64,000 bases of DNA. Origin: Nannocystis bainbridge. Lineage in GTDB: Bacteria; Myxococcota_A; Polyangia; Nannocystales; Nannocystaceae. The stretch spans positions 480,001 through 544,000 of the forward strand of contig NZ_JAQNDL010000004.1 in the NCBI RefSeq assembly GCF_028368995.1, in the 5' to 3' direction. Both the position numbers and the translations under genes were made by a program. Below the pieces are notes generated by a model. It was not told where the DNA came from, did not search any database, and saw only the letters and a program-made list of their open reading frames with translations. Numbering within the stretch: the stretch's first letter is position 1; each line of letters starts with the position of its first letter. This document shows, piece by piece, positions 52,910-62,581 of the stretch.

Positions 52910-53680
52910 TCAGTCGGTGCGCAGGGCGGTGCAGTGGCCCTCGCCGTTGATGTGGCCGAGGGTGGCGGTCAGCTGCTCGACGAACGACCACAGGTCGGTG
53001 ATGTTCGTCAGGTTGCCGACTTGATAGCGCTCCTGGGTGGTGATGTCGACGCCGCGCAGGTCGTCGGCGGTCAGCTCGCCGTCGCCGTCGTCGCTGGCGG
53101 CGATCAGGTCGAAGGCGACCTTCGGGTTCTCGGCGAACAGGTCGTCGTAGAACAGGTGGTCGGCGTGGATGGTGAGCTGGACGTCGGTCGAGCCGGCCAG
53201 GTCGCAGCCGCTGTAGCGGGTGCGGGTCGAGAAGCCCCAGATGAAGTTCAGCGACTCGCCGCCGCGGGTGGCCTTGCCCTCGACGTAGATCGAGTGGCCG
53301 CCGGTCTTCATCAGCGCGACGTCGTCCTCGGTGGCGTTGCCGGCGATCACGTCGCTGCTCGGGCCGACGACGTAGTCGGCGCTGGGGTTCTCGGCGGTGA
53401 TCGTGCCGTCGATGATCGGGAAGCCAGCGCCATCGCTGGCCTGGGCGAGGTCGAAGATCCGGTACGGCTCGTCCTCTTCGCCGAGCGGCTGATCGGCGAC
53501 GCGGATGTCGCCGACGCTGACGAGGAACTTGTCGAAGCTGACGGACCAACCGTCGGAGAAGATGGCGGTGGGGATGCCCTCTTCGATGAACTCCTCGCCG
53601 TAGACGGAGGCCTCGTAGGTGCGCTCGGTGGCGGTGGTGCAGGCGCAGACGAGCAGGAGCGGGATCAGGACGGTGCGCAT
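52910..53680 (-). CDS. lipoprotein associated with TonB-dependent receptor
   Basis: MRTVLIPLLLVCAC; YGEEFIEEGIP, DGWSVSFDKFLV, TIHADHLFYD, C-terminal HINGEGHC. Confidence 0.8.
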   Translation of the reverse strand: MRTVLIPLLLVCACTTATERTYEASVYGEEFIEEGIPTAIFSDGWSVSFDKFLVSVGDIRVADQPLGEEDEPYRIFDLAQASDGAGFPIIDGTITAENPSADYVVGPSSDVIAGNATEDDVALMKTGGHSIYVEGKATRGGESLNFIWGFSTRTRYSGCDLAGSTDVQLTIHADHLFYDDLFAENPKVAFDLIAASDDGDGELTADDLRGVDITTQERYQVGNLTNITDLWSFVEQLTATLGHINGEGHCTALRTD

Positions 53681-53693
53681 GGCGATTCTCCGG

Positions 53694-54452
53694 TCAGAGA
53701 GGAGCGACAGTGTAGAACACGTGAGACTGTAAGGCGCGCCGGACGAGGTTGTGCGCGGGGTCGCCGGGGCCGATGCGCACCGGGGTGCCGTCGCCCGGAT
53801 CGAGGGCGGCGAAGTCGATGCCGTCGAACAGCGCGGCGCCGCTGCCGTCGTCGCGCAGGCGCAGCTGGAGGCCGAGCGTCTCGGTGGTGCCCTCGTCGAT
53901 CTCGAGGTCGAACGGCGCGCCGACGACGGCGGCGCTGTCGTCGAGGTCGAGGATCGCGGTGAAGCCGAGCTCACGGCCGTCCTTGCGGGCGGTGCCGACG
54001 AACTGGGCGGTGTGACCGGCGAGCGGGTCCGCGGCCGGCAGCTCGTCGGCGCGGCGGAAGGCGATGTTGCAGCCGTGGTAGTTGCCGGTCAGCAGCTCGG
54101 CGCGCCCGAGCTCGTCGCCGTCGCCGGCGACCCAGTCGAGCACGAAGCTGCCCGGCAAGGCGCCGGTGACGTCGCCGCCGGCGTAGTGCCCGGGGTGGGC
54201 GATCGCGGGCGGGACGAGCAGATCCCACAGGCGGGCGAGGGCGTGCATCTCGCCCTGGATCGTGAACTCGAGGTCGCCAGCGGCGATACGCGCGGTGTCG
54301 AGGTGGATCGTCCAGCCGAGGTCGGTGGCGGCGTCGACGAGCCGGCCGGCGTCGACGGCGACGGCGAGCTCGACCCGGGTGGCCTCCTGGCTGGGGGCGC
54401 ACGCGGTGGCGAGACAGGTCGCAAGGGACAGGGCGGAGAGGACAGGTCGCAT
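53694..54452 (-). CDS. lipoprotein with AHPGH motif associated with TonB-dependent receptor
   Basis: Signal from ATG 54452 (LATAC); TDLGWTI; AIAHPGHYAGGDVTG. Confidence 0.78.
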   Translation of the reverse strand: MRPVLSALSLATCLATACAPSQEATRVELAVAVDAGRLVDAATDLGWTIHLDTARIAAGDLEFTIQGEMHALARLWDLLVPPAIAHPGHYAGGDVTGALPGSFVLDWVAGDGDELGRAELLTGNYHGCNIAFRRADELPAADPLAGHTAQFVGTARKDGRELGFTAILDLDDSAAVVGAPFDLEIDEGTTETLGLQLRLRDDGSGAALFDGIDFAALDPGDGTPVRIGPGDPAHNLVRRALQSHVFYTVAPL

Positions 54453-54512
54453 CGTGAGGCCCGAAGGACATGTCATGAGGGACAGGGCGTAAAGGACAGG
54501 TCGATGCATGTC
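54403..54512. repeat. 14-bp units within a duplicated signal-peptide start
   Basis: ggtcgcaagggaca|gggcggagaggaca and tgtcatgagggaca|gggcgtaaaggaca; translates as MHRPVLYALSLMTC followed by MRPVLSALSLATC. Confidence 0.8.
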
Positions 54513-54513
54513 G

Positions 54514-56571
54514 TCACAACCACAGGGTGGCGCCGATCCGGGCGGTCAGCGGCGGGCCGGCGAGGAAGTGGAGGACGGGGATGGTGCTGCGCGGCTCGCT
54601 GCGGTCCCACCACGAGGCGTAGTGGTACTCGCCCTCTTTCCAGCCGGCGTTGGTGACGTTGTCGATCTGGAGGTCGAGCTGCAACGGGCCGACACGGTAG
54701 CCGAGGCTGAGGTCGAGCAGGGCGTAAGCCGAGGTGCGGGCGCCGTGCGGGAGGGCGCGGCTGCCGACGACGAGGAAGCGAGCGCCGGCGCGGAACCCCG
54801 AGGGGTGGACGACGGTGAGGCCCGTGGCCGACATGAACGGCGGGGCGAGCGGGACCGGGGCGCCCGAGTCGACGAAGCGGGCCTGCACGAGGCTCAGGTC
54901 CTGGCGCAGCTGTAGCCACCGCCGCGGCCACACGGCGAGGTCGAAGTCGATGCCGAGCCGACGGGTGCGGTTGAGCTCGATGTTGACGGCGGACACGTGA
55001 TCGAAGACGAGCTCGCGCGCGATCCAGGTGCCGAACAGCGACAGGCCGGCGCTGACGAGTTCGCGGTGCTGGAAGCGGGCGCCGACCTCGACGCTGTCGG
55101 AGGCGATGATGCGCGCCGGGCCGCCGCGGTAGCGATCGAGCGCGGTGTCCTCGGGCACGGCGGCGCCGCCGAGCACGGCGCGGGCCTCGGGGGCCCGCAG
55201 GCCGCGGCCGTAGGCGAGGAAGAGGTGGGCGAACGGGGCCAGGCGGACGCTGGCGTTGATGCGCGGCGAGGGCAGGGCGAGGACCTTGCGGGCGCGACGC
55301 TCTGGGTCGATAAGGTCGCGGACGTTGTAGGCGACGAGGTCGAGGCGGGCGCCGGCCTCGAGGACGAAGCGATCGACGGGCCGCCAGCGCAGGCCGGCGC
55401 GCGCGTGGGCCTGGTGCTGGCCGGCGCCGAGGTCCCAGTTGCGGGTGACGACCTCGTGGTGGGCGTCGACGCGCACGTCGTGCTGGCGGAGGAGGTCGCC
55501 CTGCCAGGCGCCGCCGGCCAGCAGCTCGACGGTGCGGTGGAGCGGGCGCCGGTACTCGAGCTGATAGCCGAGGCTGGCGAAGCGGTGCCGCTGGTTGCGA
55601 CGATCGCCGGCGAGCGGATCGAGGAGGTAGCCGGTGAAGTCCTCGACGAGGTCGAGGGCGCGCAGCTGGCCGTGGAGGCGGTGCTCGAGCTTGCCGACGC
55701 CGAGGTCGAGCTGGTGACGCAGGGCGGTGAAGAGGCGGTCGGAGCGGCCGCCGCCGTCGTCGCGGTAGACGCCGGCGAATCCGACGCGACCGCTGGCGAC
55801 GTCGTCGGCGCGCACGGCCCCGGGGGCGTCGAAGCGGGCGACGTAGACGCCGGCGGTGAGGTCGAGGGCGCCGTGGGTCTTGCTGTCGAGCAGGCGGATC
55901 TGGCCGAGGAAGGTGGCGCGCCGGGCGGCCCTGGCGGCGGCGAAGCCCTTGTCGGTCATGGCCTCGACCGCGAAGAATGTCTCTTTGGACATGTTCTTCG
56001 GGGCATGTACGAACACGCCGCGGTGCCGCAGGGTGCTGCCGAACTCGTAGCCGACCCGGCTGCCGCGCGCTTCAGGCTCGACGCCGAGGTCGAAGCGGAT
56101 GGTGCCGGCGTTGGCGAAGTTGCCCTGGTCGAGCAGGAACGGGCCCTTGTTGGCGGTGACGCGGCGGACGACCTCGGGGATGACGAAGCCGAGGTCGACG
56201 TAGCCCTGGCCGTGGATGTTGGAGAGCTCGTTGACGGTGACGCCGGCGACCTTGACCTCGATGTCGGCGCCGTGGGCCGCGTCGAAGCCGCGCATGAACA
56301 TCTGCTGGCCCTTGCCCTCGGCGCCGTGCTGGATCAGGAGGACGCCGGGCACGAGCCGCAGGAGGTCGTCGGCGCTGCGCCGACGCGGACTGGCGGCGAT
56401 CTCGGCGGGACCGACGACCCGCTGCGACGCCGTTCGCGGGCTGCGGTCGCTGACGACGACGGTGGCGTATCGCCTGTCCTTGGGGACATCATGCGCCGCG
56501 GCGGCCGCAGGGGCGGCCAGGACGGCGAGGAGCGCAAAGGCGCGCAACAGGGGCTCGCTCGGTCGGCGCAC
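54514..56571 (-). CDS. TonB-dependent receptor
   Basis: Plug ADDLLRLVPG..QHGAEGKGQQMFMRGFDAAHG...HGQGYVDL..PE; C-terminal LDLQIDNVTN...GPPLTARIGATLWL. Confidence 0.92.
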   Translation of the reverse strand: MRRPSEPLLRAFALLAVLAAPAAAAAHDVPKDRRYATVVVSDRSPRTASQRVVGPAEIAASPRRRSADDLLRLVPGVLLIQHGAEGKGQQMFMRGFDAAHGADIEVKVAGVTVNELSNIHGQGYVDLGFVIPEVVRRVTANKGPFLLDQGNFANAGTIRFDLGVEPEARGSRVGYEFGSTLRHRGVFVHAPKNMSKETFFAVEAMTDKGFAAARAARRATFLGQIRLLDSKTHGALDLTAGVYVARFDAPGAVRADDVASGRVGFAGVYRDDGGGRSDRLFTALRHQLDLGVGKLEHRLHGQLRALDLVEDFTGYLLDPLAGDRRNQRHRFASLGYQLEYRRPLHRTVELLAGGAWQGDLLRQHDVRVDAHHEVVTRNWDLGAGQHQAHARAGLRWRPVDRFVLEAGARLDLVAYNVRDLIDPERRARKVLALPSPRINASVRLAPFAHLFLAYGRGLRAPEARAVLGGAAVPEDTALDRYRGGPARIIASDSVEVGARFQHRELVSAGLSLFGTWIARELVFDHVSAVNIELNRTRRLGIDFDLAVWPRRWLQLRQDLSLVQARFVDSGAPVPLAPPFMSATGLTVVHPSGFRAGARFLVVGSRALPHGARTSAYALLDLSLGYRVGPLQLDLQIDNVTNAGWKEGEYHYASWWDRSEPRSTIPVLHFLAGPPLTARIGATLWL

Positions 56572-56808
56572 GCGTCGGGCCAGGATACGCGAGGGGACGG
56601 GCGGCGGATCGGGCGAACGGGACGCGCGGCCGGAGGCTCGCAGGCGCGCGGGCGCTTGGGTCCGTCATTCGGAACTCGAGCGCGGTGCGTGGGCACGGTG
56701 CGGCGGACCGGGCGGCACGCTCGCGCACGCGAGCCATGGGAGGATGCGCGGTGAAGCGGGTGCACGAGCGCGGTCGCAGACGTGCCACGAGGAGCGGGCG
56801 AACAACGA

Positions 56809-56835
56809 GAGCACCCTCGCGGGGCGAGGGTGCTC
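56809..56835 (-). terminator. 12-bp perfect hairpin downstream of the HADH/crotonase gene
   Basis: gagcaccctcgc-ggg-gcgagggtgctc; weak U-tract on the minus strand. Confidence 0.5.
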
Positions 56836-56863
56836 GTGCGTGGACGCGGGGGCGCGCGCGGGC

Positions 56864-58936
56864 TCAGGCGAGCGGGTGCTCGAAGGCCGGCGGCTTGCCG
56901 CGGCTCATGGCGGTGACGCCGACCTTCGCGGCCGACTGGCACAGGCTGTCGGCCGCGCGCTGCTCCTCGAGGGCGCCGGCGGCGGCGACGTCGAGGGCGT
57001 TGGCGTCCGCGATCGTGCGGGCGAGGAGGTCGCGCAGCTGGGCGTCGAGCACGACCCCCTGCTCGTTGCGCGGATCGACGTCGCGGTCGACCTCGATCTC
57101 GGCGGGGCCGGTGCGGAACGGCGGGAGCGGAGCTGTCCCTCGGGCCAGGGCGAGGGCGAGCTCGCCGCTGGCGCGCGGCAGGTCGCGCACCGGGACGACG
57201 GCGCTGACGAGGCCGAGCTCCTGCGCGCGCGCGGCCGAGATGCTCTTGCCGGTCAGCAGCAGCTCGTTGAGGGCGGCGTAGTGCTCGGGGGCGCTGCTGC
57301 GGTGGAGCAGGTGGCAGCCGCCGAGGCCGGGGATGACGCCGACGGTCGGCTCGGGCTGGGCGATGACGGCGCCCTCGCCGGCGATGCGGGCGTGGCAGGA
57401 GCTGGCGAGCTCCATGCCGCCGCCGAGCGCGCGACCGACGATCGCGGCGACGGTCGGCTTGCCGGCGCGCAGCTTGGCGAGGGCGTGCTTCCAGCCCTGG
57501 ATCAGCGCGAGCGCGCCGTCCCGCTTGCCGAGCACGGGCACGAAGGCGCCGATGTCGGCGCCGTGGCCGAAATCGCGGTTGAAGAGGCCGTCAGGGGCGA
57601 CGACGATCGCCTCGACGGCCGGGTCGGCCTGGAGGGCGTCGACGGCCCGCCCGAGCTCGGCCAGCAAGGTGTGGCCGAGGGTCGAGCGCTTGAGCGAGAT
57701 CAGGCCGACGCCGCCGCTGACGCTGCGGCCGACGTAGATGCTGTCCCATCCGACATGTTCTCCGGGACCTGTCCGCGAGAACACGTCGAGCGGGGCGACC
57801 TCGTCGGCGCGGGTGATCTGCTGGTCGACGAGGAAGGCGCGGGTGAGCGCGGCGGCCTGCTCGAGGCCGAGCGCGGCGATCAGCGCGGGCGGGCCGTCGC
57901 GGAAGGCGAGGGCCTTCTCGGCCAGGTAGTTGAGGGCGTCGGCGCCGACGATCTTGTGGGCGAGCATGCGCGCGGTGAGGGCGAACAACATGCCGAACAT
58001 GCGCGCGCGGACGGTGGCGACGCCCTCGGGCGGGCACTTCTGGCCGCGCTCGTAGGGCCACTGCTTGCCGGGGTCGGCGATGTACGGCTTCCAGGCGTCG
58101 GGGATGGCGTAGAGGCTGCTGTCGACCTCCTCGCGCATGAGCTCCATGCAGTGGGCCGACAGGCTGTTGGCGCCGCGGATCAGGTTGTGGACGAAGAACG
58201 GCGAGGTGCCGAGCAGCTGCTTGCAGGCGTCGTCGATCTGCGCCGGGCTGAGGCCGGTGCTCTCGTGGATCCGCACGGCCTCGAGCATCATCCCGCAGAA
58301 CAGGCGGTCGGCGGCGAAGCTCGGCACGTCACCGACCGAGATCAGCGTCATGCCGGCGCGACCGAGGAAGGCCTTGATCTGCTTGAGCGTGGCGGCGCCG
58401 GTGACGGCGCCCTGCTCGGGCAGCTCCCACAACTTGTTGGTGAGGTGGGGGAAGAACGGGTGGAGGACGCCGCAGCGATCGGCGCCCGGCAGGCCGTCGA
58501 ACAGGTGACGGGTGGTGAAGCCGCTGGTGGCGGAGAAGATGAGGGCCTCGGGATCGCGGGCCCGGATGGCGGCGTAGAGCGGCTTCTTGATGGCGAGGCT
58601 CTCGGGCACGGCCTCGAACACGAGGCCGATCTTGAGCTCGGCGGGGATGTCGGCGATGCCGCCGCGGATCGGGATGATGGCCCGGGTGATGGCCTCGATC
58701 TCGGCCGGGGAGACGCGCGGGGCGAACTGCTCGGCGAGCTTGGCGGCGACCTGGTCGACGGCGGGCGAGAGGTCGAGGGCGATCACGGGCACGCCGTGGC
58801 GGGCGAGGATGCGCGCGAGCTGGCCCAGCTTGCCGAAACCGACGTTGCCGCAGCAGCCGGCGACGAGCAGGGCCCGCGGCGGACCCCCGTCGGGCTGAAA
58901 GATGGCTGCTACCGAGGGATCGCGCGCGTTTTCCAT
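56864..58936 (-). CDS. 3-hydroxyacyl-CoA dehydrogenase / enoyl-CoA hydratase fusion (HADH N-terminal, crotonase C-terminal)
   Basis: VFEAVPESLAIKK, SATSG, GVLHPFFP, DVPSFAADR; crotonase ALGGGMELA and QPEPTVGVIPGLGG. Confidence 0.9.
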   Translation of the reverse strand: MENARDPSVAAIFQPDGGPPRALLVAGCCGNVGFGKLGQLARILARHGVPVIALDLSPAVDQVAAKLAEQFAPRVSPAEIEAITRAIIPIRGGIADIPAELKIGLVFEAVPESLAIKKPLYAAIRARDPEALIFSATSGFTTRHLFDGLPGADRCGVLHPFFPHLTNKLWELPEQGAVTGAATLKQIKAFLGRAGMTLISVGDVPSFAADRLFCGMMLEAVRIHESTGLSPAQIDDACKQLLGTSPFFVHNLIRGANSLSAHCMELMREEVDSSLYAIPDAWKPYIADPGKQWPYERGQKCPPEGVATVRARMFGMLFALTARMLAHKIVGADALNYLAEKALAFRDGPPALIAALGLEQAAALTRAFLVDQQITRADEVAPLDVFSRTGPGEHVGWDSIYVGRSVSGGVGLISLKRSTLGHTLLAELGRAVDALQADPAVEAIVVAPDGLFNRDFGHGADIGAFVPVLGKRDGALALIQGWKHALAKLRAGKPTVAAIVGRALGGGMELASSCHARIAGEGAVIAQPEPTVGVIPGLGGCHLLHRSSAPEHYAALNELLLTGKSISAARAQELGLVSAVVPVRDLPRASGELALALARGTAPLPPFRTGPAEIEVDRDVDPRNEQGVVLDAQLRDLLARTIADANALDVAAAGALEEQRAADSLCQSAAKVGVTAMSRGKPPAFEHPLA

Positions 58937-59218
58937 GGCCCGGGAGCATAAAAGGCGCCCGCGGCGAGCCGCTCCCGGCCTAGGTTGAGCTTCCCCACGC
59001 CCTGGTCGGATTGTGTATTCGCCGTCATGTGCCATCTGCCGCCCGCTCCCGCGGCGAACGGCGAGAAGGGCCATGATCCTTCTATATAGCGGGTGTTCGC
59101 CCGCTTGCGCAACAGGCGCCGCTCTTTTCTCTCGATCGTTGCCGGATTGGCGGTGATCGGACTACAGTGCCGTTCACGACTCGATCGACCCTCGATCAAG
59201 GCACGTAGGAGACTCGTC

Positions 59219-59482
59219 ATGAAGCACACCAAGATCGCTCTTGCGGCCCTCGCCGCGATGTCCCTGTCCCTCCCGGCTTGCGGCGGGGACGCCAAGAAGG
59301 AAGAGAAGAAGGAAGAGAAGAAGGTCGAGACCAAGGTCGAGACCACCAAGACGGTCGAGACCCCGAAGCCGGTCGAGGCCAAGCCCGAGGTGAAGCCCGA
59401 GGACGCCAAGCCCGTGGATCCGGCCGCTCCGGCCCCCGGTGGCGCCGCGGTCCCGCCGCCCGCCCCCGAAGCCGGCAAGTAA
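59219..59482 (+). CDS. small Lys/Glu/Pro-rich lipoprotein
   Basis: AGGAG RBS; signal MKHTKIALAALAAMSLSLPAC; low-complexity mature part. Confidence 0.8.
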   Translation: MKHTKIALAALAAMSLSLPACGGDAKKEEKKEEKKVETKVETTKTVETPKPVEAKPEVKPEDAKPVDPAAPAPGGAAVPPPAPEAGK

Positions 59483-59509
59483 TCGGCTCCTCTTCTCAGC
59501 CACCAAGCA

Positions 59510-59551
59510 AGACACGGCGAGGCGCCAGGATGGCACCTCGCCTTGTTTTTT
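59510..59551 (+). terminator. intrinsic terminator
   Basis: Stem ggcgaggcgcca / tggcacctcgcc followed by ttgtttttt. Confidence 0.75.
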
Positions 59552-59622
59552 GGGTCGAGGTCGATGCGCGCCGCGTCACCGCGTGCACAGCGAAGAGCGG
59601 TCGGGTTTTGCTAGGGTGAGCC

Positions 59623-60369
59623 ATGCGCCACGACGGCCGCGCCCTCGATCAACTCCGTCCCTTCTCCCTCGAGCCCGGCTTCATCGGCTCGGCCCTCGGC
59701 TCCGTGCTGGTGGCCACCGGCCGCACCCGGGTGATCTGCACCGCGAGCCGCGAGGCCAAGCCGCCGGGCTGGCTGACCCATGGCGGCTGGGTGACCGCCG
59801 AGTACGCGATGCTGCCCGGCGCGGTCCGGCCGCGCGCACGCCGGGAGCCCGACGGCCGCGCGAAGGAGATCCAGCGGCTCATCGGCCGCTCGCTGCGAGC
59901 GGCGATCGATCTCGAGAAGCTGGTCGGTCCGCAGGGCCCGGTGGCGCTGACGGTCGATTGCGACGTGATCGAGGCCGACGGCGGGACGCGCACGGCGGCG
60001 ATCACCGGCGGGATGGTGGCGCTGGCGCTGGCGCTGCAGACGCTGCAACGCGACGGGGTGTTGACGGCCGATCCGGTGCGGGCGCTGGTGGCGGCGGTCT
60101 CGGTCGGCGTGTGCCCGCTGGACGGCGCCGAGGTGCCGATGCTCGACCTGGCTTACACGGAAGACAGCCAGGCGATCGTCGACTGCAACGTGGTGATGCT
60201 GGAGCGCGGCGGGCTGGTCGAGATCCAGGGCACCGGCGAGCGCGGCGGGTTCGACCGGTCGACGCTGTCGCGCATGCTCGACCTGGCCGAGTCCGGCGCG
60301 GCGTCGCTGTTCGCGGGCCAGCGGGCGGCGCTGGAAGGTGGCGGAGCAGGCAGGATCGTGAGTTCGTAG
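59623..60369 (+). CDS. rph: ribonuclease PH
   Basis: RHDGRALDQLR, GWVTAEYAMLP, EIQRLIGRSLRA, ADGGTRTAAITG, EIQGTGE. Confidence 0.96.
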   Translation: MRHDGRALDQLRPFSLEPGFIGSALGSVLVATGRTRVICTASREAKPPGWLTHGGWVTAEYAMLPGAVRPRARREPDGRAKEIQRLIGRSLRAAIDLEKLVGPQGPVALTVDCDVIEADGGTRTAAITGGMVALALALQTLQRDGVLTADPVRALVAAVSVGVCPLDGAEVPMLDLAYTEDSQAIVDCNVVMLERGGLVEIQGTGERGGFDRSTLSRMLDLAESGAASLFAGQRAALEGGGAGRIVSS

Positions 60370-60393
60370 ATGATCGCGCAGGAAGGTTCGGAC

Positions 60394-61032
60394 ATGTCCC
60401 GAAGGCTGGTGCTGGCGACCGGCAACCCGCACAAGGTGGCGGAGCTGGCGGCGATGGTGCGCGCGGCCGGGCTGCCGCTGACGGTCTGCTCGGCGCGCTC
60501 GCTCGGGCCGGCGCCGGAGATCGCGGAGGACCAGGGCAGCTTCGAGGCGCACGCGCGGCTCAAGGCGGAGGGGATCGCGGAGTGGCTGCGAGGTCGCGGC
60601 GAGCCGGGCTCGACGCTGGTGCTGGCCGACGATTCGGGGATCTGCGTGGCGGCGCTGGACGGGGCGCCAGGCGTCGATTCGGCGATCTTCGCGGGGCCGC
60701 AGGCAGACGACGCGGCCAACAACGCCCGGCTGGTGGCGGAGCTGGGCGCACGCGGGCTGGAGCGGTCGCCGGCACATTACCTGTGCGTGCTGGCGCTGAC
60801 GCGGGTCGACGCGGGCGCGGACGCGGTGCGGCTGTTCACGGGCCGCTGGGACGGCGAGGTCCGGACGACGCCGCGCGGGTCAGGCGGGTTCGGCTACGAC
60901 CCGTACTTCTGGCCCGACGGCAGCGCCCGCTCGTCGGCCGAGCTGCCGGCGGCCGAGAAGAACGCGCAGTCGCACCGCGGGCGGGCGACGGCGCTGCTGC
61001 TGGCAGCGCTGCCGGCGGTGCTGGAGGCGTAG
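60394..61032 (+). CDS. rdgB: non-canonical purine NTP pyrophosphatase (HAM1 family)
   Basis: LATGNPHKV, ADDSG, GAPGVDSA, GFGYDP, KN..SHR. Confidence 0.95.
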   Translation: MSRRLVLATGNPHKVAELAAMVRAAGLPLTVCSARSLGPAPEIAEDQGSFEAHARLKAEGIAEWLRGRGEPGSTLVLADDSGICVAALDGAPGVDSAIFAGPQADDAANNARLVAELGARGLERSPAHYLCVLALTRVDAGADAVRLFTGRWDGEVRTTPRGSGGFGYDPYFWPDGSARSSAELPAAEKNAQSHRGRATALLLAALPAVLEA

Positions 61033-61237
61033 AGGGCGAGGGCGGCGATCGCCGGATGCGCGGCAGATGGCATCGCTGCGGCGGCGGAGGTGAGGACGTG
61101 GTGGCGCTGCGATGGCGCGGAGGTCGCGGAGAATCGGCGAGGACGCGGCGCGAGGCCGTCTCGCGCGCGCGAGGCTGCGGGGCGCGTGCTTCGTGGCGCT
61201 GGATCGCAGCCCGGGGGTCGTGTATGGTCCGGCCGCT

Positions 61238-61314
61238 CGGGGCGTAGCGCAGTCTGGTAGCGCGCCTGCTTTGGGAGCAGGATGCCGGAGGTTCGAATCC
61301 TCTCGCCCCGACCA
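61238..61314 (+). tRNA. tRNA-Pro(TGG)
   Basis: cggggcg...cgccccg-ACCA acceptor; anticodon arm cctgc-tttggga-gcagg; GGTTCGAATCC T-loop. Confidence 0.97.
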
Positions 61315-61363
61315 TTTTTGTTTCACGGCCCTTCGGGGCCTGTTCCACGGCCCTTCAGGCCCG

Positions 61364-61437
61364 GCGCCCATAGCTCAGTTGGATAGAGCATCGGCCTTCT
61401 AAGCCGAGGGTCCCAGGTTCGATTCCTGGTGGGCGCG
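61364..61437 (+). tRNA. tRNA-Arg(TCT)
   Basis: gcgccca...tgggcgc-g; anticodon arm tcggc-cttctaa-gccga; GGTTCGATTCC; CCA not encoded. Confidence 0.96.
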
Positions 61438-61456
61438 TCGCGTTCGCGCCCAGGCG

Positions 61457-62245
61457 TCACGCGTGGGCGCGAGCGGCCCGGTAGGCGTCGGCGAAGCGAC
61501 GCGCGCGCTCGGGATCGACGGGGCCGCCGGCGCGACCGTCGGCCCGCAGGGCGCTGCCGACGATGACGCCGTCGCACAGGCCGGCGAGGATCGGCAGGGC
61601 GGCCTCGGTGGCGCCGCTGGCGACGTAGAGCGGGACGCCGCCGGCGGCCGCCCGCACGCGCCGCAGGTGCTCGGGGTCGACGGCCTCGCCGGTGCCGCTG
61701 CCGGTGACGAGGACGGCGTCGGCGAGGCTGCGCTGGACGAGGTCGCGGGTCTCGTCGGCGAGGTCGCGCGCGGCCAGCGGGGCGGAGTGCTTGACCGCGA
61801 CGTCGCCCCAGATCCGCAGGTCGGGTCGGCCGAGCTCGCGGCGCAGGCGGACGACCTCGGCGGCCTGGCCCTCGACGAGGCCCTGATCGGTGACGCGGGC
61901 GCCCGAGAGCACGTTGATGCGCACGCACTCGGCGCCGACGACGACGGCGACGGCGACCGCGGCGAGGCCGTCGTTGCGCAGGACGTTGATGCCGAGCGCG
62001 AGGTCGGGGCAGGCGTCGCGCACGGCGAGGGCGCAGGCGGTGATGCCGGCGATCGTGACCGGAGGGACAGGTCCCTTGAAGAAGGGGATGTCGCCGAAGT
62101 TCTCGACGACGGCGAGGTCGAAGCCGGCGGCGGCGAGGGCCTGGGCGTCGCGGGCGACGGCGCGGGCGATCGCGGCGACGGGCTCGCGGCTGCGCGGGCT
62201 GCCGGGCAGCGGCGGGAGGTGCAGGACGCCGACGAGGCTGCGCAT
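61457..62245 (-). CDS. BtpA/SgcQ family TIM-barrel protein
   Basis: GVLHLPPLPGSP, VENFGDIPF, GINVLRND, TDQGLVEG, DVAVKHS, VTGSGTG, IVGS; ATG 62245. Confidence 0.92.
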   Translation of the reverse strand: MRSLVGVLHLPPLPGSPRSREPVAAIARAVARDAQALAAAGFDLAVVENFGDIPFFKGPVPPVTIAGITACALAVRDACPDLALGINVLRNDGLAAVAVAVVVGAECVRINVLSGARVTDQGLVEGQAAEVVRLRRELGRPDLRIWGDVAVKHSAPLAARDLADETRDLVQRSLADAVLVTGSGTGEAVDPEHLRRVRAAAGGVPLYVASGATEAALPILAGLCDGVIVGSALRADGRAGGPVDPERARRFADAYRAARAHA

Positions 62246-62581
62246 GGCGGCGAAGGTAGCAGCGATGCCGCGCGCATGCAGCCGCGCGGCTTCGCGGAAC
62301 CGACGCGGGCGAGCTCTGCGAGGAACGTCGCGGATGATGAGATGCGAGATCCGTCGGGCGCCGGCTCGCGGGAGTCGATGCCGGGCGTGGGTGTGCGCAG
62401 CGGGCTGCGCCGCGACGATGGAGACAGAGGTCGCCCCGCGGCGCGCCGTGGGCGAAGGGACCGATCTGCGGCCTCGCGTGCGCGCGTGGCCGCGATCGCC
62501 GTTGCCGGGGTCCGGCGGTGATCGCCCGCACTTCAGGCGCACACGCGGCGACGCTAGCGTCGGACGCAGGAGGTGTTCGGC

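Noticed and set aside
61195-61237. Sigma70-like promoter for the tRNAs (tatggt at ~61223)
   Set aside because: The -35 match is poor; not supportable from sequence alone.
61238-61460. tRNA 3' end as an integration site for an island
   Set aside because: No duplicated tRNA 3' end, integrase or GC shift nearby.
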